64,000 nucleotides of DNA from a virus (lineage: Duplodnaviria; Caudoviricetes): IMG/VR virus record IMGVR_UViG_3300005077_000489, positions 1-64,000 of that record; one strand, 5' to 3'. Below are positions 49,449 through 58,921 of the stretch, piece by piece; position 1 is the first letter of the stretch, and each line of letters starts with the position of its first letter. The notes under the pieces were generated by a model, which did no database searches, was not told the origin of the DNA, and saw only the letters and a list, made by a program, of their open reading frames with translations. Position numbers and translations under genes: made by a program.

Positions 49449-50810
49449 ATGGCGATTATTACAGACCCTGATAATTTGAATCAGCATAGTGAAGTCGGGA
49501 TTTCTACCAATAACAAAACTATTGCTTGTAGTACTTCTGGTAACTTAACTACTGATGGAGTGGGTTTGCAGTGTCTTTATTCATTTCTGAAGGAAGAATG
49601 GAAGAATGATACTTTATTAATCAAATATCCTTTTCCTATGTTGGCTATTACGGAAGAGAAATTTGAGTTAATCAATGGTTGGGATTTCGCTAACTCTACG
49701 ACTAAAGAATTGATTAGAACAGGAGGTTGGGCTCTTAAGGATACGGGTGGAAGCACTCTGGAAGAGTATGCTGGTATTATAACCCTAGGTAGTTTAGATT
49801 CCGGCGATCAAGTTTATTATCAGCAATCTGCTGCTGGGGCTGCGACTAATATGGTATTAACTGGTCCCGCAAATCAAGCAGTTAAAACTTATGGTGATGT
49901 AACGCACGGTAACTTTGATTATCGCACATATTTTAAAATTTTCTGTCGTGAGTATCAAAAGATATATGCTTCTGCCCAGCTGAGCGACATCGGTGTTACC
50001 ACCATGACATACCAAGTGTACCGTTTCCCTGTTACTAACAGTGCTGATACAAAAATTACACACAATGATGCTACTGTGTCAGGTAGTTCTCCTTATGATG
50101 GAATGAGTCTTACTTGGTCCGGTTCTGCTTTTCAAAGAGATATCGGCGGGACCAGCAGGAATTTTCATGTGCTCATCGACGGTAACGATGGGACAGCCGA
50201 GCAGATTTACGAGTTTGTTCAATATCGACTGCGACAGAACGAGGATATTGATGAAGGTACCGGGGAAAAGATAGGAAAAGTTACCAATGACCTTTTAAGA
50301 TTCGTTGGTGATACTCTCTATACGCGGTTAGATAGTAATGGCGGGGTATTTATTGATAATTTTCAAACGGTTGACCGGAACCGTTTGGTTTTTGTCGATG
50401 ATACCGGGACTGAACGAACATTCCCATATGTTGCTGTTCTTACCTTGCAGTTTGGTGATAACCTAGTAAATGATGCCCAAGCTATTTATCGTGTCTTTTT
50501 TACTAACGATGATGCTGGTGATAATAATGGTTATGATTTTGGTACTTCAAACGCTATCACTGTCGATGATAATGATGATGTTCCTATGACTGGTAGTGTT
50601 TCTGGTGCCTCTTCTACGCAGTTGACTTTTGATTATGATAACAATGATCAAAGAGGGACTGGAAGTGCGGGGACTGAAGCACCTATTACTGTTGTTGCAC
50701 TGGGGCTGTCTACAGCACAGTATGTTATTGCTACCGGAACAATTGCACGAAGTATCAGTAACACCATATCTCTCGTGTCAAGCCTTGAGAGAAACTATAT
50801 CAATCCATAA
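49449..50810 (+). CDS. Putative virion structural protein
   Basis: MAIITDPDNLNQ...LYSFLKEEWK...YPFPM start recalled from uncharacterised phage structural proteins; ends ERNYINP, like the DRSYLNS end of the upstream protein. Confidence 0.65.
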   Translation: MAIITDPDNLNQHSEVGISTNNKTIACSTSGNLTTDGVGLQCLYSFLKEEWKNDTLLIKYPFPMLAITEEKFELINGWDFANSTTKELIRTGGWALKDTGGSTLEEYAGIITLGSLDSGDQVYYQQSAAGAATNMVLTGPANQAVKTYGDVTHGNFDYRTYFKIFCREYQKIYASAQLSDIGVTTMTYQVYRFPVTNSADTKITHNDATVSGSSPYDGMSLTWSGSAFQRDIGGTSRNFHVLIDGNDGTAEQIYEFVQYRLRQNEDIDEGTGEKIGKVTNDLLRFVGDTLYTRLDSNGGVFIDNFQTVDRNRLVFVDDTGTERTFPYVAVLTLQFGDNLVNDAQAIYRVFFTNDDAGDNNGYDFGTSNAITVDDNDDVPMTGSVSGASSTQLTFDYDNNDQRGTGSAGTEAPITVVALGLSTAQYVIATGTIARSISNTISLVSSLERNYINP

Positions 50811-50941
50811 TATTGATATTACTAGATTTTTAGGAAATTAAACTTTTTTGGTTTTCTAAGGAACAAACTTAAGCATCTCCTGTCTAATGTATTATACTTA
50901 AATTTTTTTTAAAAAAAATATTATTAGGCAGGAGATAAAAA

Positions 50942-51991
50942 ATGAGAGGAAATGAATATTTCGCAGGATTATTTGATGGAGAGGGTACTGTCGGGGTTTA
51001 CGTTATTACGAATAGCAAAAAGTCTGAGAGTGGTAAAAAAAATTACTGGATGGCGAAGATGTCTATAGTAGGTACTTATAGACCCCAAATAGAAGCGGCG
51101 TACAACCATTTTAAAGTGGGTAGTTTAAGCACGCAAAAAAGGCAAGCATTACAGAAATTACCAAAGGGAAAAACAATAGACCCTAAATTATGTAGACAAG
51201 GCTGGAGATGGTCTGTTCAAGCAAAGAAAGATGTTGCAGAAGTAATAGAAAAAATACTACCTTATTTAATGGAGAAAAAAGAGCAAGCAGAAATAGTTTT
51301 AAAATTTTGTAAAGGTGAATTAGACGGAGAAATGGCAAGTAGATTATGTAAAGAGGCTAAGAGATTTGAATATAGTGCTGATTTAGGGGAGTCTCCTAGG
51401 AAATCTACAGGTTCTTGTTCTGAACACAATCCTTTAGCCAAATTAACTTATGAACAAGCACAAGAAATTAGACAGCGTGTTCATAATGGAGAAAAGCAGA
51501 TAAAGATAGCTAGAGAATTAGGTGTTAGTAAGACACAAATTAGTAGAATAGTAAATAATATTACATATGTTTATCCACCTATGTCTTACAATAAAGGTGA
51601 GAAGCCTATTCCAGATGTCTTACCGCCGCCGGAAAAGACAGCGGGTTCTGGAAGAGCAAAATTGACATATGAGCAGGCTCAGGAAATAAGATTAAGAGTT
51701 AAGCGGGGTGAAAGACAGTTTATGATTGCACATGAGTTAGGTATTACTAGAACGCAGGTTAGTAAAATAGTAAATAACCAAACTTATGTTAGTCCTAATT
51801 TTGAAATTATTGAACCTCCTGATAAGGGAGGCGTTAATATAGCGGCAAAATTAACTTATGAAGAAGCGGATATAGTTAGGCAAAGGGTAAAAAATGGAGA
51901 AAAAGTAAAAGACCTTGCAATGGAGTTAAATATGACTACCACGGCTATTTATAACTTAATAAACAGTAGAACATATATAAGGAAAGGATAA
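50942..51991 (+). CDS. LAGLIDADG endonuclease with three C-terminal HTH repeats
   Basis: YFAGLFDGEG; three copies of AKLTYE(Q/E)A.EIR.RV..GE....IA.ELG...Q(I/V)S.IVN..TY. Confidence 0.85.
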   Translation: MRGNEYFAGLFDGEGTVGVYVITNSKKSESGKKNYWMAKMSIVGTYRPQIEAAYNHFKVGSLSTQKRQALQKLPKGKTIDPKLCRQGWRWSVQAKKDVAEVIEKILPYLMEKKEQAEIVLKFCKGELDGEMASRLCKEAKRFEYSADLGESPRKSTGSCSEHNPLAKLTYEQAQEIRQRVHNGEKQIKIARELGVSKTQISRIVNNITYVYPPMSYNKGEKPIPDVLPPPEKTAGSGRAKLTYEQAQEIRLRVKRGERQFMIAHELGITRTQVSKIVNNQTYVSPNFEIIEPPDKGGVNIAAKLTYEEADIVRQRVKNGEKVKDLAMELNMTTTAIYNLINSRTYIRKG

Positions 51992-51993
51992 TA

Positions 51994-52341
51994 ATGAGCA
52001 ATTACAAAATAAAAAAATTACTAACTATTCTGGGGGATGTGGCAAAATTTGATATTACTATAGGAGTTACTGAGCAGCTCCCTGTGGATTGCCTCTTTGT
52101 ATTGAAAGATAAAGAATTATATGACCGGGTAGAGGCACAAGTACAACATCTTGATGAATTACCTTATTTGTTTAAAGAGAATTTAACTACAGAAGAACTT
52201 ATTGCTAGTTTGTTGGGTACAATAGGGAAAAGTCTTAATTTGATTATTAATTTAAGCTATAATATGTTATTGGACCGCGATTGTTTAATATTGTTTCAGA
52301 GTGCTACATTAGTAGACTTAATTTATAATGATAAGATTTAG
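51994..52341 (+). CDS. Hypothetical protein
   Basis: 115-aa ORF. Confidence 0.6.
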   Translation: MSNYKIKKLLTILGDVAKFDITIGVTEQLPVDCLFVLKDKELYDRVEAQVQHLDELPYLFKENLTTEELIASLLGTIGKSLNLIINLSYNMLLDRDCLILFQSATLVDLIYNDKI

Positions 52342-52355
52342 GGAGGGGTAGTAAC

Positions 52356-52565
52356 GTGGAGTCAGATATCATTGCTGGGGTATTTGGTAGATTATTTAAT
52401 TTATTTGCAGAGGAACCTGAAGAAAACAGAGTTATTTCTTATGAAGTTTGGAAGATGACTAAAGATTATAACTTTGATTATTTTTTAATGGGTTGTGATG
52501 ATGCACTGATAAAGTTGGGGATAGGAGAGCGGGATATAGACGGTCTCATGAACTATAAAGAATAA
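52356..52565 (+). CDS. Hypothetical protein
   Basis: 69-aa ORF with GGAGG RBS. Confidence 0.6.
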   Translation: MESDIIAGVFGRLFNLFAEEPEENRVISYEVWKMTKDYNFDYFLMGCDDALIKLGIGERDIDGLMNYKE

Positions 52566-52612
52566 TTTATGGGTATATCTGATATTTGATATCAAAAAGG
52601 AAGTTTTAGAAA

Positions 52613-53212
52613 ATGCCAGTTATTTTTGACGGTCCAAATAGATTAATTATTGTGGCATCAGGCACCCTTAGTATAGAGATGAGCGACGTATATTCTCGGT
52701 GGAAAGATTGGGTTCAGACTTCGGATAACTCAAAATATTTGAAGGCTTTTTCTGTCGTCGGCGGGGAACCTACTGTTCAAGGTCAAACTATTACCCCTTA
52801 TTTTTTCTTGGAAAATGATTGGAAGGTCGATGCCTATTCGCAAGACCCTTATCAATTCCACCCACTTGATGTGGAGGGTATTGTTTTATCTAGTGACGGC
52901 GGTAGCCCTTGGTATCAATCATCTTCCTGGCCCCTTACAATAGTTAGAAATATTGTTCCTATTAAAACGGAGACAGTTATTTCATCGGATGCCCAACTTG
53001 TTATTGATGATATATTCTCTTATAGCGTGGAGTCTGGCTTTTCCTTTGAATCCGCTATACGGGTTTTGCTGTCTGTTATGGTAGGAAAATCTGTTGTTAT
53101 AGATGGGGAACCTGTGGTTATGAAATTTAGAGATATAAATGATACTAAGGATAGAGTTGTAGCAGAGGTAGAAGTGAGTGATAGAATAAATGTAACCTTG
53201 GATGGTTCTTAG
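52613..53212 (+). CDS. Putative virion structural protein
   Basis: FDGPNRLII...DVYSRWKDW...AFSVVGG.P start recalled from uncharacterised phage proteins. Confidence 0.6.
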   Translation: MPVIFDGPNRLIIVASGTLSIEMSDVYSRWKDWVQTSDNSKYLKAFSVVGGEPTVQGQTITPYFFLENDWKVDAYSQDPYQFHPLDVEGIVLSSDGGSPWYQSSSWPLTIVRNIVPIKTETVISSDAQLVIDDIFSYSVESGFSFESAIRVLLSVMVGKSVVIDGEPVVMKFRDINDTKDRVVAEVEVSDRINVTLDGS

Positions 53213-53214
53213 TT

Positions 53215-53493
53215 ATGCTATGTTCTTCTAGGTATATTAATATATTTTCTAGTGTTACAGTGTCTAGTGGCGGCGGACTACCGCAAGGCTTGACTCTTGA
53301 TGACATTCCAGACGGGTCTTACTATGGGCGTGTAGCTCGCTCTGAATTAACTCCAAGTGGTACTATCATAGATTTAGACATAAATGGTATGATTGTTACA
53401 TTGACTTTTCCTGACACGCTCATTAAGAGTAGTTATATGCCGGTGCTTACTAAAACTACTGTAACTGGGGTTATGATAAGTGAGGATTCTTAA
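53215..53493 (+). CDS. Hypothetical protein
   Basis: 92-aa ORF; TLDDIPDGSYYGRV motif. Confidence 0.55.
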   Translation: MLCSSRYINIFSSVTVSSGGGLPQGLTLDDIPDGSYYGRVARSELTPSGTIIDLDINGMIVTLTFPDTLIKSSYMPVLTKTTVTGVMISEDS

Positions 53494-53691
53494 GGCTCTG
53501 TAATTACCCTTATTAAAGTTATATTATAGTCCTTATATAAAAAAAACTAATAATTGTTAGAATTCAGTTATTAGTTTGTTATAGGAGGATTAATATGCAG
53601 CAATTTTTATTAGGTATTGAATGTGGTTTAGCAATAGGAAGAATAATTTTAATAATAATAGAAGAATTGAAGAAGGAGACAAAATAATATT

Positions 53692-54471
53692 TTGGGATCG
53701 TTAGAAAAGGAACCATTTAGCATAATAATAGATATGATGGAGGAAGGTGTGTCTACTGTATTTTTCAGCGATTTGCACGTAGGAGATGGCAAGAGTAAAC
53801 ATAAAGAATTACTTGCCTACCTCGTAGAGCATCAAAAAGACATAGATAAAATAGTAATTGTCGGTGATTTCGTTGATACATGGGTAGCCGACCTCAATAC
53901 TATTTTATCTGAAGCACAACCTTTCCTAGAATTCTTGGCAACTAATTATAAAAACAAGGTACATTGGATTCTTGGTAATCATGACGCTGATTTCTTATCT
54001 CTTAAAAATGTCTTTCCTTTCATACATAAATCTCTTAGATTCCCCATTGGTGATAAAATTGCTGTTGCATTACATGGTAATGTGCTAGATGACAACCCTT
54101 ATTTAAAAACTCGTTTGTCTCGTTATGTTGTGTGGTTTATAAATAAATTTGATAAAGGGGCGTATGTGGATACCAGGAGGTCATTAGTAAGTTTATCTGA
54201 AAGGATACAGAATGACCCTTATGATAAAATCCTAGAAGAATACGAACATAAAATTGTTGCTGTGTTTGACGGCAAGTATGATTTCGTAATTACAGGACAC
54301 AGCCACCAACCCGCCATAAAGAAGATTAATAATTTAGTTTACTTAAATTGTGGTGATCAAATACAACACAGTACTGTTCTAATAGGTAAGCCAGAAGGGT
54401 TCTTTTTGTATGATTACATAAATCAAAAAATCCTGGCTAAATACATTTTTGATGAAAACGATAAAACCTAA
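53692..54471 (+). CDS. Calcineurin-like metallophosphoesterase (LpxH-like)
   Basis: SDLH, GDFVD, GNHD, LHG, TGHSH and YLNCGD motifs. Confidence 0.85.
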   Translation: MGSLEKEPFSIIIDMMEEGVSTVFFSDLHVGDGKSKHKELLAYLVEHQKDIDKIVIVGDFVDTWVADLNTILSEAQPFLEFLATNYKNKVHWILGNHDADFLSLKNVFPFIHKSLRFPIGDKIAVALHGNVLDDNPYLKTRLSRYVVWFINKFDKGAYVDTRRSLVSLSERIQNDPYDKILEEYEHKIVAVFDGKYDFVITGHSHQPAIKKINNLVYLNCGDQIQHSTVLIGKPEGFFLYDYINQKILAKYIFDENDKT

Positions 54472-55036
54472 ATATTACAGCCGCGGGGATATGGTTTATA
54501 ATTATGCCCCCGCCTATGTGGGCTTCAGCCTGCGAGATAATAATATATTCTCAAAGGGTGTCTGTCTGCTTACTGCTGACGAAGCAGATGTTATAAAAGT
54601 CTCACATACTTTTATTGTTGTTGATAAGAATAGAATTATAGAAGCCTCTACCCATGGAGTTGTTTATACCGATATAAATAGATATTTTGATGACCCACAT
54701 GTTCTCGTATTTTTTAAGAAGCCTAAAAATTTGAATGTTTATATGGTTTCTCGGATAATTAGCCGTGCGGAAAGTCATTTGGGAAAGCAATACGATTATA
54801 GTTTAATACTGTTTTATTTAACTTATTTTGAGCGCCTGGGTTTCCTACGAAAATATCCTTCCATTTTTAATAATCCTTCCTCTTTCCTGTGTTCGGAGCT
54901 GGTGGCGGACGCACTCAGTCAAGTAAAAGAATTTTCTAACCTATTCCCATTATCAGACTATCATGTTTCTAAGATAAGTCCTATGGATTTGTTTAAGAGT
55001 CCAATTTTTAAAGAGTGGAAGTTTATTGATGATTAA
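54449..55036 (+). CDS. Permuted papain-like NlpC/P60 enzyme (YiiX/YebB, C92-like)
   Basis: SHTFIV (His), IIEAS..GV, HLGKQYDY, FLCSELVA (Cys). Confidence 0.82.
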   Translation: MMKTIKPKYYSRGDMVYNYAPAYVGFSLRDNNIFSKGVCLLTADEADVIKVSHTFIVVDKNRIIEASTHGVVYTDINRYFDDPHVLVFFKKPKNLNVYMVSRIISRAESHLGKQYDYSLILFYLTYFERLGFLRKYPSIFNNPSSFLCSELVADALSQVKEFSNLFPLSDYHVSKISPMDLFKSPIFKEWKFIDD

Positions 55037-55349
55037 TCATTTACCACAGGATATAGGGAATAACGTAATACAAGGTATAAATAATTTCGCTGATATCAGT
55101 AACTACGAATTAACGGTATCAGGTGAGTGGATACCTATTACGTTGAATACCGAAGGTTCACTACAAATACTACTCCAGCCGAGAGACCGTATAGATTGGT
55201 ATATTAGTACTATATCGGGTGGGGCGGAATATTTTAGCCCCAGGGACGGTGCTGCTCTGCAAGCACCTATAGTTACTACATCCGGTACCATCATATGTTG
55301 GGTTAGTGCTGATCAACCAACTGTTTTTGAGTTGCTTAGTGGGAGTTAA
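55026..55349 (+). CDS. Small beta-rich protein with four xSG motifs
   Basis: 107-aa ORF: TVSG, TISG, TTSG, LLSG. Confidence 0.6.
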   Translation: MMINHLPQDIGNNVIQGINNFADISNYELTVSGEWIPITLNTEGSLQILLQPRDRIDWYISTISGGAEYFSPRDGAALQAPIVTTSGTIICWVSADQPTVFELLSGS

Positions 55350-55352
55350 TAG

Positions 55353-58300
55353 ATGGACGGGATTAAGTTAATATATCCGAGCATTTCCGATTACTATACT
55401 CGTAACCAAATAGACACATTATTTTCTACTATATCAGGTGGCACAGGAGAGGTGACCTATGTAATGCTGGTCACCACTTCTGGAGATATTGTTTCACAGA
55501 TTCCGTCCCTGTCTGGTTATGCTACCCAGAGTTGGGTTTCCACAAACTATATCGATAGCACCGAATTAACTACCACTTCTGGAGATATAATAAATTATAT
55601 AGACCAAGAAATTTCTACTATCTCGGGCGGCGGCGATGTAACTTATGAGATGTTACTCACCACCAGCGGGGATATTATAGATTATATAGACGAGCAAATA
55701 ACCGCTGTCTCTGGAAGCAGCGGTATCTCTGAAGAACAACTAGTAACTACTTCCGGTGATATTGTTGCACAGATTCCTTCTTTAACGGGATATGCAACGC
55801 AAACCTGGGTATCTGATAATTATATAGACAGTATAGAATTAACTACTTCCTCTGGGGATATAGTTGCACAGATACCCTCTTTAGTTAATTATATAACACA
55901 AGAGCAGTTAACTACTACGAGTGGAGATATAGTATTACAAATTCCTACCGATTATATTACAAATGAGCAATTAACTACTACCTCTGGGGATATAATCATA
56001 TATGTAGACCAACAAATTTCTACGATAAGTGGAGGTAGTGGGGATGTAACATTAGAAATGTTAACCACAACTAGTGGTGATATTGTGGACCAAATTCCTT
56101 CCATTACAGGTTATGCTACACAGAGTTGGGTTTCTGAAAACTATATAGACAATAATGAAATGACCACAATTAGTGGAGATGTTATCGCTTATATAGACCA
56201 GGAAATTTCCACGGTGAGCGGTGGTAGCGGTATTACGCAAGAGCAATTAACTACTACTTCGGGGGACATAGTAGATCAGATTCCTAGTTTGTCGGGCTAT
56301 GCTACACAGAATTGGGTAACTACTGTAAGTGGTGACATTATTTCTCAGGTACCAACTACTGCTTCAGAAATAAGTGCAAGACTGTCCGGTTACTATGTTT
56401 ATTCTCCAGACGGGTCTGCTAATTTACAGGTGGACAGCATTACGCCTGTAATGACCAGCAATACGGCCCCGTCCCCTTTTGTAGTTAGTGTAGATAGTTA
56501 CTATGATGCTAATTACGTGGCTTTTAAAGCGTTCAATCAGGATGGTGGCTCCACATTTTGGAATTCTCAGCACGTACTTCCCCATTGGATAAAAGTTGAC
56601 TTGGGGTCAGCAAGGAAAATAACGAAGTATAGATGGCGTGCTGTTAACCGCTCATTTCATGAGAGTAGATCACCGTCAACATGGACTATTGAGGGTAGTA
56701 ATGATAACCTTGCTTGGGATGGGCTCGATTCTCGATCTGGTGTAGGAACTCCTGGTATGAATCAATGGACTTCCTATTATACCTTTACCAACAATTCCTT
56801 TTATAGGTACTATAGGATGTACATAACAGCCAACACTCTGATGGTTGATGGCTACATCGAATTAGGTGAATTACATTTTGTGGAAGCTCACCTTGTTCTT
56901 ATTTCTACTTTTAACTATCTGGAGGTAGATACAGATACTAGTGTTTCGGGAGCCCTGATTACTTTAGATACTAATGTGTATGAACACATCATTACTACCA
57001 GCGGTGTCTTAGCAGGGCAAATTCCGTCCCTCGAAACCTATGTTACAGAAGAAAAATTAACAACTGTTAGTGGAGATATTGTTTCACAGATTCCGTCTCT
57101 AACTGGTTATGCGACCGAGAGTTATGTCTCCGAAAACTATATAGACACTAGTGAGATGACCACAATTAGTGGAGATCTACAGTTGCAGATACCCTCTTTA
57201 TCTGGTTATGCGACTGAGATCTATGTCTCCGAAAACTATATAGACACTAGTGAGATGACCACAATTAGTGGAGATCTTATCTCTTATATCGATACAGAGA
57301 TTTCCACAATATCTGGTGGGGGAGATGTAACTACAGATATGCTTACCACTACATCAGGTGACATAGTCTCCTATATAGATGCTCAGTTGTTAACAGTTAG
57401 CGGTGGTGGGTTGGCGTGTGCTGCCTGTACTTCTAGCGGATTAGTAGTTGATAATGCAATAATTGCACCTTCAGGCATATTTACTGAGGGAATACAAGTA
57501 GGGAGTGGTACAGTTAGAATTACGGGAGATGGGATCACTTTTCCAGATAATAGCATAATTACTGTGGCTCCTCCTCAGTTTGACCTATTTGATACTGGAT
57601 TGACTTTGAATCTTTTTTCTGACGCTTCTGGTAGTGAGATAGAAAATTTAGGTTACTTCGGTTCTGATGCAAATTTCGAAAAGGTAGGAACTTGGACTAA
57701 TGGGACTCAGGGGGATGCACCAGTGTGGGTTAATAGTGGTGGGTCTTCTTCCGTAGTTCGTCTTATGGCACACCACACCAACACAAATCCCGGAGCATCT
57801 TTTTCTTCAGCTAATCTATCTGATGGGTCGGCTTCTTTCGCCATAACGGACACTAATTTAAATTTGCAGTCTTTGTTTGGTATGGATACGCAGCCCTCTT
57901 CTTTGGGAAAGCGTTTTAAGATAGATGCGGGTTCTAATGCTTCTAGTAGGAACTGGATCACGGGATACATTGGCAATGTTGCTAAGGCTGGAGACACATA
58001 TACACTAGATATATATAATGGTCCCTATTCTGCTACAAGGAGTTGGCATAAGTATTCACTAGGGTCGTGGAATGGTTCAGACATTTTATGGTGGATCTAC
58101 CCAGCATTCTTTGATTATGACCATGATAATTTAAGAGGTTACGCTACTTCTTGTTGGTTTTATGAGTATGATGCCACTGCAGACTGGTCCAATTTAATTA
58201 CTAAGATGTATGCAGTGTTAACTGGTGTCGAGGACGTTGGTATAGGATTCTGTTTTCAACATACCAATGTCGATTATACGATTCAGTGGAATTCCTCTTA

Positions 58301-58625
58301 TGTAACTAATGGTCTAGATGTAATAGCTATTTCCAATGCTATTAAAACTGGTAGGTGGTTCCATTTTGCACTTATTCAGAATAGATGGCAAGCATCTAGA
58401 ACTTTGATGATAAATGGTGAAGTAATCGGAGTAGGTACAGCAAGGACATCATCGTGCTGTATGGGATTGTTTGCATTTGCAGGTCAGGGTAATGGAGGAG
58501 GTGGACTTCCCTCTGGCTCCAAAATCGCCTTTCCTAGATACTGGAAAGGAGACACTAGCCCAGCACAGATCCGAGGCGTCTATGAGTATGAACGAAATTT
58601 GATGGGGCTCAGACCTAATCACTAA
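55353..58625 (+). CDS. Repeat-rich fibre-like virion protein with discoidin (F5/8 type C)-like and C-terminal LamG/ConA-like domains
   Basis: Many LTTTSGDIV.QIPSL.GYAT..WV..NYID repeats; WIKVDLGSARKITKYR...PSTWTIEGSND insert; C-terminal WFHFAL...LMINGEVIG. Confidence 0.8.
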   Translation: MDGIKLIYPSISDYYTRNQIDTLFSTISGGTGEVTYVMLVTTSGDIVSQIPSLSGYATQSWVSTNYIDSTELTTTSGDIINYIDQEISTISGGGDVTYEMLLTTSGDIIDYIDEQITAVSGSSGISEEQLVTTSGDIVAQIPSLTGYATQTWVSDNYIDSIELTTSSGDIVAQIPSLVNYITQEQLTTTSGDIVLQIPTDYITNEQLTTTSGDIIIYVDQQISTISGGSGDVTLEMLTTTSGDIVDQIPSITGYATQSWVSENYIDNNEMTTISGDVIAYIDQEISTVSGGSGITQEQLTTTSGDIVDQIPSLSGYATQNWVTTVSGDIISQVPTTASEISARLSGYYVYSPDGSANLQVDSITPVMTSNTAPSPFVVSVDSYYDANYVAFKAFNQDGGSTFWNSQHVLPHWIKVDLGSARKITKYRWRAVNRSFHESRSPSTWTIEGSNDNLAWDGLDSRSGVGTPGMNQWTSYYTFTNNSFYRYYRMYITANTLMVDGYIELGELHFVEAHLVLISTFNYLEVDTDTSVSGALITLDTNVYEHIITTSGVLAGQIPSLETYVTEEKLTTVSGDIVSQIPSLTGYATESYVSENYIDTSEMTTISGDLQLQIPSLSGYATEIYVSENYIDTSEMTTISGDLISYIDTEISTISGGGDVTTDMLTTTSGDIVSYIDAQLLTVSGGGLACAACTSSGLVVDNAIIAPSGIFTEGIQVGSGTVRITGDGITFPDNSIITVAPPQFDLFDTGLTLNLFSDASGSEIENLGYFGSDANFEKVGTWTNGTQGDAPVWVNSGGSSSVVRLMAHHTNTNPGASFSSANLSDGSASFAITDTNLNLQSLFGMDTQPSSLGKRFKIDAGSNASSRNWITGYIGNVAKAGDTYTLDIYNGPYSATRSWHKYSLGSWNGSDILWWIYPAFFDYDHDNLRGYATSCWFYEYDATADWSNLITKMYAVLTGVEDVGIGFCFQHTNVDYTIQWNSSYVTNGLDVIAISNAIKTGRWFHFALIQNRWQASRTLMINGEVIGVGTARTSSCCMGLFAFAGQGNGGGGLPSGSKIAFPRYWKGDTSPAQIRGVYEYERNLMGLRPNH
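57123..57277 (+). repeat. Exact 56-bp direct repeat (57123-57178 and 57222-57277), period 99 nt
   Basis: TATGTCTCCGAAAACTATATAGACACTAGTGAGATGACCACAATTAGTGGAGATCT occurs twice. Confidence 0.9.
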
Positions 58626-58774
58626 GGACAAGTTACTCCAACCCCGTCAGGAGGGTGGACAATTCGATTGGTTCATACAGAGTTAGTTTTTATAGTAAGA
58701 TACAAAAATAAAAATTACAATATTATGTTTTAGATAGAAAATTATAGACCGAAAGCGGGATTAATTGATGTTAT

Positions 58775-58808
58775 TTAACTAACCTAATTAACTAACCTAA
58801 TTAACTAA
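58775..58808 (+). repeat. Tandem 13-bp repeat TTAACTAACCTAA (2 full copies plus a partial) upstream of the scaffold-capsid operon
   Basis: Read directly; the same unit occurs at 22566-22586. Confidence 0.8.
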
Positions 58809-58921
58809 GGTAGAATATAGTTATATATTTTAAGGTGGAATCGGATAGGACGGATAATATGGGGGCGAATCGTAATGGTTCTAATTTTAAATGTTAGGCA
58901 CTCTATAATGGAGGGTTAAGT

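Noticed and set aside
55353-58625. Repeats as a diversity-generating retroelement template/target pair
   Set aside because: The duplicated DNA is identical or differs without adenine bias, and no reverse transcriptase is in the window.
58775-58808. Short tandem repeat as a CRISPR array
   Set aside because: 13-bp units abut with no spacers; no CRISPR array or cas gene other than TnpB was seen in the window.
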